NCBI GenBank assembly: GCA_024704765.1
Contig: JAKMXF010000334.1
Location: forward strand, 62,001 to 126,000
Direction of reading: 5' to 3'
Source: Oopsacas minuta
Taxonomy: Eukaryota > Animalia > Porifera
Length of the DNA: 64,000 bases
Shown here: piece by piece, positions 46,958 to 58,200 of the stretch
Position numbering within the stretch: the stretch's first letter is position 1
How the letters are laid out: each line of letters opens with the position of its first letter
Program-made: the position numbers and the translations under genes
Notes under the pieces: generated by a model
Seen by the model: the letters and a program-made list of their open reading frames with translations, nothing else
What the model was told of the DNA's origin: nothing
The model's database searches: none

Positions 46958-48148
46958 ATGTCAAAATGTCTTGATAATTCCTTAACAGTTCAACAAGTAT
47001 TATTCCCTTACTTAAAGACTGATGTAACCACTGAATCCGTAAATCCTCTACGCAACTCAATTATTATTGAAACTCATTTTTCTGAGGGAATTGCATATGA
47101 AATATATCTCGCTATTTTCCTATTATTTTCTCTGGCAGCTCAATACGTATTTATTTACGACAAGAATATATTTCTTTTGGACTTCGATCTGCCTATGTTA
47201 CTGAGTATACTAATTTTCCGTAGAATGCTATGGAATTTGGTAAACTTTTCTTTCGAAGATTTACGCGACTGTTTTTCACTATTTTTTACCTTTCAAAGTT
47301 TTCGATTTACATTTTTGAGTTTGTCAGTTATTCTGTGTTTTATGTTTTTCCTACGAGTTGCGATTCCACTCAGTTTTTCTCAAATATTATCCCTTTTCTA
47401 TCCAATCTTACTCTACCTTTCATTTTTTGGGAATTCTACTGATCCAAGGGAACTCCGTTCACGTTACCATTACGGTATGGATCTATTCTCGATTTTAAGT
47501 TCATCACCTCCGACCTCTCTACGAACTAAACTAACATTCCATTACCCTGAGAACTACCAATTATTACATCCATTACTTGGACTAATGGATTCCTCAGTTC
47601 TGTCACAGGAAATTTTACTATTTTCCACAGATTTATGTATCAGATTGAAACAATTATTCTTTAATATGTTATTATCACTGTATATAATCGGCATACTACC
47701 TCTACTTCTTTCTCATCCATCTATTTCACCTTGCTACAGATTATGTGTATTACATATATTATGTTTCTACTGTATCTCTGGTATTTTGTATACACGTCAT
47801 TATTTCCCTAACCATTATATTATAATCATGTATGATTTATTTCGAGCTTCACAGACCCTCCATTACTCAATTCCTGCTAACAATCTATCTCTATTTGCCC
47901 AATTTCGTTTGTATATTTTCAATTACATTGCTTCAAAGCCTGACTTTTTCGCAAACTTGTTACTTCCATTAATGATCACTCTACTCGCATTAATGTTGTA
48001 TATTATATACAGCTGTGTGTCTCTATTGCATCATTTGGTGATATTTTTCCTGTTTCTACATGCTATATACGTTCTTACTCTCCTACTTAGAGACAAATAT
48101 GACCCAGAGATATGTCCCAATCCAAAAGTTAATGTCGGAAAGTTGTGA
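46958..48148 (+). CDS. TMEM39: TMEM39-family multipass membrane protein, intronless
   Basis: ORF-track start 46865 is GTG; first in-frame ATG is at 46958. AYEIYLAIFLLFSLAAQYVFIY, IFRRMLW, LSLFYP and DLCIRLKQLFFNMLLSLYIIGILPL parallel TMEM39A/B conserved blocks (from recall). Confidence 0.75.
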   Translation: MSKCLDNSLTVQQVLFPYLKTDVTTESVNPLRNSIIIETHFSEGIAYEIYLAIFLLFSLAAQYVFIYDKNIFLLDFDLPMLLSILIFRRMLWNLVNFSFEDLRDCFSLFFTFQSFRFTFLSLSVILCFMFFLRVAIPLSFSQILSLFYPILLYLSFFGNSTDPRELRSRYHYGMDLFSILSSSPPTSLRTKLTFHYPENYQLLHPLLGLMDSSVLSQEILLFSTDLCIRLKQLFFNMLLSLYIIGILPLLLSHPSISPCYRLCVLHILCFYCISGILYTRHYFPNHYIIIMYDLFRASQTLHYSIPANNLSLFAQFRLYIFNYIASKPDFFANLLLPLMITLLALMLYIIYSCVSLLHHLVIFFLFLHAIYVLTLLLRDKYDPEICPNPKVNVGKL

Positions 48149-49525
48149 TTATAAATTGAACATCAAAACACACAGAAGAATCAATCTAATGAGTGTGTAT
48201 TAGTATTTTGTTGTTATTATTAGCATTTAGCATACACTTTGACACTTCTTGTAATTGTATTCTCATAGTTCTGGTATTATAACTGTAAAGATTTTAATTA
48301 TGAATGGTTAATAGCTAAAATGTTAATTTACCGAAGGTTATCAAAGCCAATTAACATTTAATTACAATCACACCTGCTTTAACGACTACTTCTGTATAAC
48401 GGTCACCTACACTTAAAAGCATTCCCTCCATTTCCCATAACTATAATAAGGATATTACCTCTTTATTTCTGATAAATAAATACGGTCTCGTTGCTACGTG
48501 CTACATAAAATCCTTCAGCTCAGCAACCCCATTGGATGTCGTGATAATTTCGCCAAAAACGCCATTAGATCGTAGATTTGTGTATTGTGTATGGTCAAAA
48601 CCTTGAAAGCCAAAATATACATATTGCAAAAAAGATTTATGCATAAACGCCCTAAGATGTGTGATCAGTGAATATTTGATTTTTGGTATATCACTCTTAT
48701 ACGTAGATATCAAATTAGGTACGATTTATTTCGCGGTAATTACTACCTTACTGATTTTCACAACTCAAGTGAGCTAATACAAACACATAATGTGTTTGAC
48801 CACCTGCTTTACAAAGTTTTGGAAAGTTCTCCAAGTTTTGATGAAATTAATGACAAATTAGGAAATTGTGAAGTAATCACGGGAAATGATACAGCGCATT
48901 AACCAATAAAGAATCTTCTACAAATATGATGATATTCGTACTTACATACAATGACTTGTTAAACTATTGACAAATTTTAAACTATGCCAAATATTTTTAG
49001 AACTATTGTGCATTAGAAGTCTTCAACAAGAAATAAATTATATTATCAAAATAGTATTAAGGTCCCATTGATATTTTTCGGCCAGTTTCCCCCAGGACTA
49101 TGTACACGGTGACAGACATGCTATGCACACCTGATTACATGTAGGCGAGACTGCTTCGATACGAATTCCGTATTGCTGATTGTACTTGTATCACACCGAC
49201 ACGTATATGATATTTATTGAATAATACACACCAACATAAATCTATTACAATAATCGAGGAAATTATTGTAATAGTTGTGTCATTGGATTCCTATCTGTGA
49301 ATATGGATAGCCATCAAGGCTAAAAAGAGCTAATTTTAACAAAAAATCTGACCTCAATAGGGAACGAAAAAACGCTGTAAAAGACACAGGCACACATGGG
49401 TAGGGGTAGAATTCACTATGAACCACATATTGATAACTTATTGAAAATATTGTGAGGAATAAAAAGAATGAAAAATAACAAGTAAAATAAATAGGACGAG
49501 TAGCTATTACGTCATATTTCCACAT

Positions 49526-50476
49526 CTATTCGGTTGCTTCAATACATTTACTACTACCAACTTCTACTTGCTTTTTGAGTGTGGGCCTCATAGCTGGATA
49601 ATTGTGTGTTTCAATAAAAAACACGTATGTTAATGCACCAAGGGGTGCCCCGATCAAGGGTGCGATTACCGGTACCCAGAAATAATAATCGTGTACACGG
49701 AAAATCCCTGCCCCCCAAATACAAGCCGCGAAACATCTTGGAGGGAAGTCTCGAATTGGATTAGCGGCACCCCCACAGTTGTAAGAGAAACTAACCCCCA
49801 GTGAGAAGATAATCAAGCCAACCCCAATAGGACGTAGATACTCAATTAGACCAGTATTCGGCCTATCTACAACAGCTAAGATTAGGAATTGTAGGAGAAA
49901 TGCACTGAAAAACTGATCCCAAAAATGGTTCAGATTCGATACGTCCGGTTGAGGATTAGTAGTCCATATTCTGTAGGTTTCATTTACACCGTTGAACACG
50001 TGTATACCACCATCATAGTTGTTTAAGGCATCAAAATAGTAGAGATAGTTTACTAACGCAGCCATGAATGCGCCTAGGACTTGGGCAATACAATAGAAAG
50101 GAACCTTCCACCAAGGGAACTTGCCTACAAAGGCTAGCCCTAAGCTTATCGAAGGGTTCAAATGACCACCTGACACACCCATTGATACAAACAGGCCGAA
50201 TGTTATGCCGATTGCCGCGGCCCAGGCACCCCCGATCCAGTCCGTGATTGAGTTCCCAATAAAAAAGGCTTGAGCAGCTCCACCAATAGCATACGTAATG
50301 AAAATGAAAGTCCCGAAGAATTCAGCCAAATAATCATGTCCGATGAAATGTATTACTTTCTTCCAGGCCCATTCAAATAGCTTGCCAGGGTACCATAATA
50401 TTGATGGGAAGTTGTATGGGAATACAACGAAACGTTGAGGGCGATCCTCGTACTTGACACTTGGTAGAACTTCCAT
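49526..50476 (-). CDS. Aquaglyceroporin (GlpF/AQP3-7-9-10 clade), 316 aa, intronless
   Basis: LAEFFGTF, SGGHLNPS, AQVLGAF, long loop C, NPIRDFPPR (the Asp after the second motif is aquaglyceroporin-type), YFWVPVIAPLIGA. Confidence 0.95.
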   Translation of the reverse strand: MEVLPSVKYEDRPQRFVVFPYNFPSILWYPGKLFEWAWKKVIHFIGHDYLAEFFGTFIFITYAIGGAAQAFFIGNSITDWIGGAWAAAIGITFGLFVSMGVSGGHLNPSISLGLAFVGKFPWWKVPFYCIAQVLGAFMAALVNYLYYFDALNNYDGGIHVFNGVNETYRIWTTNPQPDVSNLNHFWDQFFSAFLLQFLILAVVDRPNTGLIEYLRPIGVGLIIFSLGVSFSYNCGGAANPIRDFPPRCFAACIWGAGIFRVHDYYFWVPVIAPLIGAPLGALTYVFFIETHNYPAMRPTLKKQVEVGSSKCIEATE

Positions 50477-51233
50477 CGATTAGAATGAAATGAATTAGTT
50501 ACTATTGTTATTTACCATTATTTATGGAATGATGTTATGCATACAAAATGCGACTTACATCAAACTTGCTGACTCACAGCATATATTGAAAGATATCTTT
50601 ATAATTTTTAAGTATTTATTAGGTGCAGCTCCTATAACGAGATGTCCTCAGTGGTAGTGGCGTATCCAGACTCGGACCTACCCGGGCGTCAGTCTTCCGC
50701 TATCCTGGCTCAGCTTACGAAATGTTATGCACAAATTTTCACACCTTTTTGTATATTATTCAAGATGATGCTAACGATACCGTTTCAACTGCGTGTCAGG
50801 GGTAATTTCGAGTATGTAGATTCCAATTTTGACATTTTCAAATATACATATCTACAATTCTACATGATTTATCATATGATCAAGCATATTTTCACACTTT
50901 TACAAATAATCATTTTGTATTGGGTAGAGAGTCAGAGACATAACCCAGAGGATCTAGCTGCATTCCCAGTCTGTCGGCTGGACATTTATTACTTTTATCA
51001 ATCTAGATTTTTAGTTGAACGAATCTTAGGTTTCTTAGTGAATATTACATCCCCCATCAAATCCTCCAAATCCTTAATATATTTTCCTTATTATTTTCGG
51101 TTATTAATCATTTCTAAACTCCTCTCGTAAAATACATGGTGATTGTTTAATAAATAATAATAAATATGAAGTGATAAGAAAGATACCAAAGAAAATACAA
51201 TCTATATAACAAATTGAGGAAATACATAAAATT

Positions 51234-51833
51234 CTACTTATTCTTGTCTACACCTCTAGAGAAGTATGTCTGACTTTTCACCGGGTCAGGAATAATAGTG
51301 TCTTTCCCAGGACTCCATTCAGCTGGACAAACTTCTCCAAACTTATCCGTGAACTGTATAGCTTTTACCAACCTCAATGTCTCGTCAATTGACCGTCCAA
51401 TCGCCATATCATTGATGGTTATTTGTCTTAGAATACCCTTTCCATCGATAATGAATAAGCCTCTCAAAGCAACACCATCTTCCGTTAACACTCCATAGTC
51501 ACGAGAAATGGACTTAGTTATGTCGGATAGTAATGGTATATTCATTGCACCTAGCCCGCCTTTATCACGTGGTTGTTTTGTCCATGCCAAATGGCTGAAT
51601 TCTGAATCTACTGAGCAAGCTACTAAATCACAGCCGATTGCATTGAATAGATCTGATTTCTCACTGAACGCGATTATCTCTGTCGGGCACACGAATGTAA
51701 AGTTGAGTGGGTAGAAAAATAGCACAAGAAATTTTCCTTTATAGTTCGCCAGTTTTATGGGTTTGAAACTTCCCTTCACTATTGCAGTACCGGAAAAATC
51801 TGGTGCGGGTTTGCCAACAAATGCATTTGACAT
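51234..51833 (-). CDS. PRDX: Typical 2-Cys peroxiredoxin (Prx1/AhpC class), 199 aa, intronless
   Basis: ATG at 51833 ([13 protein letters not shown]); [27 protein letters not shown]-terminal YF. Confidence 0.96.
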   Translation of the reverse strand: MSNAFVGKPAPDFSGTAIVKGSFKPIKLANYKGKFLVLFFYPLNFTFVCPTEIIAFSEKSDLFNAIGCDLVACSVDSEFSHLAWTKQPRDKGGLGAMNIPLLSDITKSISRDYGVLTEDGVALRGLFIIDGKGILRQITINDMAIGRSIDETLRLVKAIQFTDKFGEVCPAEWSPGKDTIIPDPVKSQTYFSRGVDKNK

Positions 51834-52233
51834 TTCTTTCGCGAAATCTAAAATGCTTCCTAATACAAGTGACAAGGATTATATATAGAACATACAGCCA
51901 ATTAATTTCAATGAATATTAAAGTTCTTAAATAATGAAACTCTTTTCTATCAATTTTGATCTCCTTGGCTCTATAAGCGGGGAGCGTCCGAGGCAGTTAT
52001 CCAACAGAATTCGTACTTCAAAAGCTACCATTAGAAAATAGGAAAGTTGTGAGTCCATTATTAAAAACATTTCGATCGCCAATTAATAAGTGTCAATAAA
52101 TACTGAAATTCAATGGTTCTTCTATAATATTTTGTATGTAACCAGAATTGTAGCCATACACTATAAATACATACAAACTAGCATTACTAATTAAGAGATT
52201 ATGAATATGAGTTTATGAATGTGAAATGAAATT

Positions 52234-55200
52234 CTAAGGTTTCTTTTCAGACAGCTGATAGAGGTGATTCTTAATCTGCTTCAAACTTGAAGTACCTACT
52301 CTAAACGGCATGTGTATTGTTGGCGGTACATCTGATATCTCTTCTTCCTGTCCTGTTGTAAAAATAGATTTATTTCAATAAACAGCGATCGCCAAAGGTT
52401 ACTTTCCGTGTGTCTATCTCACGGCTGTCTAGATCTCAACCGGACCAATATTTGGACTGCTAAGTGCTAATACAAATAGTATTAATGTACTGGACAAACT
52501 TTTGTGTGCTCATATTTTTTACAAGTCAATTTGACAAATTGAAATCTGCTTGCCACGACCTGGATACAAGTATTACCTACATTTATTTAATGCTCAATTA
52601 ACTGCAAGGCTAAACTGTTAACTATTAACAGCATTTTCACTTTCCAGTGTATGTATTTCAGGCTGTTATGCTTAGTTTTCTAACCAACCTAGTGTTTCGT
52701 TAAGATTTCCTAATGAAGGAGAATAGTGTTTTCTTAATTTTGAGAGTTTCATTCCTATATCAAATTCCGCTAAAAGAATATGAATATAATTGATGTGCAT
52801 TATTTAAAATATCTCTCAAGTCTTGACTAATTCTCAGGGTTGCCGTGGGAATGGAAATCCTATGGGAATTCCGATAGAGATCCTGTGGAATGGGATGGGA
52901 GTTGAAATTCCGTTCCCACTGCAACCCTCCTAATTCTTAACATCAGCGTTACACTTGGGACGTCTTCGATTAAGTTCTCATATAATTGTTCAATAGATAT
53001 TAGTACTTCCATTAATATGTACAAAGATATATATGTTAAGGATTATACATAGCTGTATGAAACGATCCGTAGGTCAGGTTTCAACCGGGTGTGAAATGCT
53101 AATACAAATAGTATTAGTCAAACGCTTTTGTATAGGTCAGCCTGGCCAATTGAGATCTGCTCGCTACGACCTTGTCATATGATCTACCCTATTTATTAAT
53201 AACATTAACGTACACTGTTTTCTGGTAGTTCTGAATAATGAGTTATCTAATTCAAAACTAAAGTCAGTCAGATCGTCTAAGCTGCCAGTACTATGTAGTG
53301 GTAAGGCAAAGAGAGACTCGGATGAAGGGCTAAAGAAATATAAGTAGAAATGGTTATAACACTACCTTGTAGGGTGTAGTTCGAAATATTCATCTATAGA
53401 TGCCAACCTGACTTCTCACCAACCCTTAAGATTCCTTCTAAAATCCGTGATAGCGGGATTTCTGTATTAAAAATTAAAAAGCAATAGACATTTCGCTTCG
53501 CGATGAACTCGGCGTAAATCATAATTTTTGAAGTTCATTTACCACACAAACAACAATAAATTTGTATTTGACGGACTTCTCTCGTGCGTAAATAAAAATC
53601 TCAGAGCTAGGAGAATTGCTTCTTCTGCATAATTATATAATGCTAGTTACACCCTTGATTTATCATGCGAATTCTGATTCAGGTTAGATGTTCTAGCTCA
53701 CACACCTACGGTAATAATTCTGGTCAATCTGAAGATTGGTCAGGTCACGTGTTCTTCCTTTATAAAGTACATAACTCGATAAAGAGTTGGCTTAATAATA
53801 TATATCCGGAATTTCACTGTAACTATTACCAAATATTTTGCTGAATATCATCGCCCTTGGTTTCTACTATCTCCAATTCATCATTTAGATTCAATGTCTT
53901 TAGTCCAGGAGAGAAATACACTATAACATATAGCTTGTCTGGATCTGTAGATAACTTAGTAGAATCCTCATATATATGGAATATTATTTGTGTGTTGTAA
54001 TTGAGTTCTGATATTTTGTCTAATTTTCTTCTTGCTTCTGCCCATTCTTTATCTGCTTCCTATGAATGTATTTAGTATAATTACAAGAGTTGCTTATTAC
54101 AATATGTGATGTCTAGCATTATAAGTTTATTTACAACTGTATAGCTAAGATGTTGAGATGTTTCGGGATGGAATATTCTCATCGCAAACTTTTCAAGGAT
54201 CGAATGCCATGGATTGTCAAATTTAAGACCGATCTTGAACTTTCCTTAACTTAACAATACTAGAATTTCCAGGCAAACTTCGGAAGAATATAATATCAAT
54301 CGTAACCACTCACTTGTAATCAACCCCAGATCAGTTTCTAGGGGTGCTTGACTTACACATATATTAACCAAACTAGAATTTATTAAATTTATTCAAAAAG
54401 ACTTACTTCCCATAGACCTCCATACTTGATAATATTGAATAGAGAATGTACATGAGACTCGCTAGTGAAGTAAAGTCGAGTTCTGACATGTCTCTTTGGA
54501 GATTCTACATCAGTTGAGAAACTAGAGAAGTGGAAATTTCGTGGTAACCAGACCGCTATATTTCGCACGACCGCGCGGGAACTTATGAATATGCTCAAAT
54601 TATAAATGATTATTAGTTAGAGAAATCAGTGATGAAGTACAGGCAGCCCTCGCCGGTCGCTGTTTCGATTATTCGCGGTGTTTGTTCCGAGTTATGTCAG
54701 TTTGGTTGAAAATTTTGCAATTTTTATATTTGGTATGCATTACTATGGCGAAAATGTATTTTTTCTCGATAAACAGCTTTGGACTTTTTATCTAAATCAA
54801 CACATCTACTGTTTTTGTTATATTTTGATCACGTGAAAACAGAAACTTTTCTTATTAAAAATAAGCAAGTTTTACTCTCTTATGCTCACACAAGTAATAT
54901 TTTTAACTTAGTGAATACCATTAACCTTTTAAAACTCATAATTATTGCTTTATTATACATTCTTATCATATTTAGTAACACCACAATTCTCATTGAATTA
55001 ATGTCTTACCGTTCGCGATTTTGCCATTCGCGACAATTCTCAGGAACGTAGCCCCCGCGAACGACAAGGGCTACCTGTATTACAAATTTACAACACACAC
55101 AAACCACCAATAATTCTTAATGCTACTAGATCAATTAGAATAATTAATTAATACCCACAAGACATCTACTTTGAACTCGAGACGAAAACATTCCCTAATT

Positions 55201-58200
55201 TCAAGTTATTACCCGAACAACCATTAAGGTATCATGGTATGCTCATGTTACACAAGTATAAATAGAATTAACTAAATCTATATCTTTCAAATAAATCAAA
55301 CTAACTACTAATCGCTGGAATGGCAACTAATGAGCCCACAAATATACAACTCGACGAGATGGCACAATTCGATGCTGTCGCTACAGAAATTCTACAAACA
55401 TTCAATCCTCTCATTACTCAACTGGTCGAGAGGAGGGATGCTCTCTTGCAACAACTTTCTCAGCTCCGAGAGGACTACACAACCAAGGAGACTACTCGCA
55501 AGGCAGCAATTCAAGAGCTAGAAAAAACTAGAAAACAAATGGAAGAGATGAGTTTGAAAGTAAACACAAATATTTCAATTCATCAACAAGCTACCCGACT
55601 TTATCAACAAGGTCTCCAGGATCTGGAAGCTCCTACAAAACTACCATATCCTCTCTTCCTTTTTCCCACACTTCAAACAATTCGATCAGCTATCTCAGAA
55701 TTCGGAGAGGTCAAAGAGTGGGAGGTACCAGACTATTCACTGAAGAAAGTACCTATTCTAACAACTGGTAATAGAGGAAAGGGTAAGAATGAATTTGATG
55801 CTGCTGGTCTATTCCTTGATGAAGATAATCATAGAATATACATAGCTGATTATGGCAATAGTCGAGTACAAGTTATGTCATTTGAAGGAGAATTCCTTAC
55901 AAATTTCGGTCAAGATATCCTGAAGAAACCATACGGAATAGTTGTGAATAAAGAATATATCTTCATAACTGACACAGAACATAACTCTCTGTTCAAGTTT
56001 TGTAAGAACAAACTTTATCTTCTGAACAGGACTGATAACTCAGACAGTGAAGAAGAACAGTTAAATAACCCTGGAGGATTATGTATAGACACAAATGGAG
56101 ATGTGTTTGTAGCGAATAGGGACAAGCACAGAGTTTCCATCTTCTCTACACTTCTACAATTCAAATCAAACTTAGGTACTAAACAGCTGTACTATCCTCA
56201 TGATGTTAAGCTTACTCAAGATTGTGTAGTGGTGCTAGACTGGAGTCCTAGATGTGTACAATTATTTTCTAGAAATGGAGACTATCTCAGCTCTTGTATC
56301 TCTCAAGGACTTGGAACAAAATTGTTTGCTAAGTTATCCACGATTCTTCTGTTTCGACCTAGCTAGTAATATTATCATAAGCGATACTAGTAACCACTGT
56401 ATCAAGATATTCACACAATCAGGAGAATTCACACACTCCATAGGATGTAAGGGAAAGAAGAGAGGAGAGTTCATCGATCCACACAGTATTGGCATCTCTA
56501 AATTAGGAATTATTTTTGTTATATCTGATAATCCTAACTATTCATTGCAATGTTTCTAGTTTACTTTTACTATTCATTAAATTAATGTCATAAATTTACA
56601 CAATGGGTCATAATTAGTAAATATCAGTTGGATTCGGAACTACGTATTTGAATAATGGATTTGATAGAAACGCTTATCGTATCTCCTAATCGAATCTACA
56701 TTCCCGTATATACCAATCTAGCTGGAGCTGTGTGGCGCTGTAAGTTATCCAATGAGGTCCAGGACAAAAGCTATAATGGTTACCTTAGTTACCACAATAA
56801 TTCCAGATCATGGTGAAATCCTAATATCCGACTAATCCTCTTGGATCTGCCACTAGACATGCTTTGGGGCAACGATTTACTAAGGAGGGTCTCCCTATAG
56901 TCTCCTTATGCCCTAGTGGCGACGTTCCTTCCTTAATGTCCCTACGCTTATTCTTAATTCTACAAGTCACTGTTTATGAGGGCGAACGTTCATTTCCAAA
57001 TTTGACTATGAAAAGTTGTATTGCCCTGTATAAGCGTTGGGGTATTTCCTGCACGATAAATATGCACCGGGCACAAGAATTTATTTCACAATTCGTAGTG
57101 AGAGGGAGTCTATACTTATAATATTTAGAGCGACAATTTACTGCTGAATATAAGAATTGTGGATTTGTAAATCATTTGAATTGATACAAAACACTCATCA
57201 AATCCAAAAGGATTTCTTGGTGATTTGCAGGGCTCTCTCAACCTTGCAACCTTGAAATGTACGATTTAGTAATTATTTTCGACGAGATCGTGAGAATTGA
57301 GAGCACTGGATTTTGATTTGTAAGGATTTGATGATTTCTTAGAATCTGGATTTGATTTGACTAAAGAAATACAAATACATCAGATCCACAACTCTGCTTA
57401 CGAGTACAGTGGATACATGTTATAAGAACATCGTCGGGAATTGCAAATAATGTTCTTATAAGGGGCATGTCGTAAACAGAAGATATCGCTTTATAATTAT
57501 ATAGGAACATCATACTGGTAAAACGGTTACCATATACCCCTATATAATTTGTGTTGGATATAAGAACACAAGTATGGAACATACTAGATATAATAACCAT
57601 CCTCTGAAAAATAACTCGCATATTGGAAAATTATATCTAAGACCCTAGGGTCCTAGAGTGTAATTTCGCTCTAGGACACTATATTTAGTGTATTTTAAAA
57701 ACTTATTATATCAGTCTAGTGTATTTTGATTAGTTTCAAACAGGGTCCCAGAAATAATGCTAGGACCCTAGGGTCCTGAGAAAAACTCCTCCTCATATAT
57801 TAATGTATAACGTATGCCGGTTATACGAATACGTCGGTTATGAGAATTTAATTTGCTATTCCCAAGTGTGTTCTTATAACCGATATTCTTATATCCGCAT
57901 CTAATGGATATACAAGTGTGTATTATTATGCTAAGAATATCAGGTATAGTGGAACTAAATAATCGCACTCTATAAATTTCAACTTTCAAGTTCCAGAGAA
58001 AACAGTTCATATACAAATTAAAGAATTGCCTCGCTATCTCACTAAATATCCTACAACACTAACCGCTAACATATATACAGCTGCAAAACATAAGCTACAA
58101 TAATTCACCAGCACAAAACATCTCTACATTGTGCTCTAACCAAAACATTCCAATATTTTCCAGGTATTACCATAGCAACCATTAAGGTATCATGGTATGC

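Noticed and set aside
50642-51130. 162-aa ORF between the aquaglyceroporin and peroxiredoxin
   Set aside because: Begins in a MITE-like terminus (AGTGGCGTATCCAG) and continues through AT-rich low-complexity sequence; no domain.
51970-52030. tRNA/SINE-like start GGGGAGCGTCCGAG
   Set aside because: No B-box (GTTCGA), no cloverleaf, no second copy.
56640-57120. GC-richer stretch with a frameshifted DLGIIV-like motif (LINE RT tail?)
   Set aside because: One short motif that requires a frameshift; no YADD or other RT motifs.
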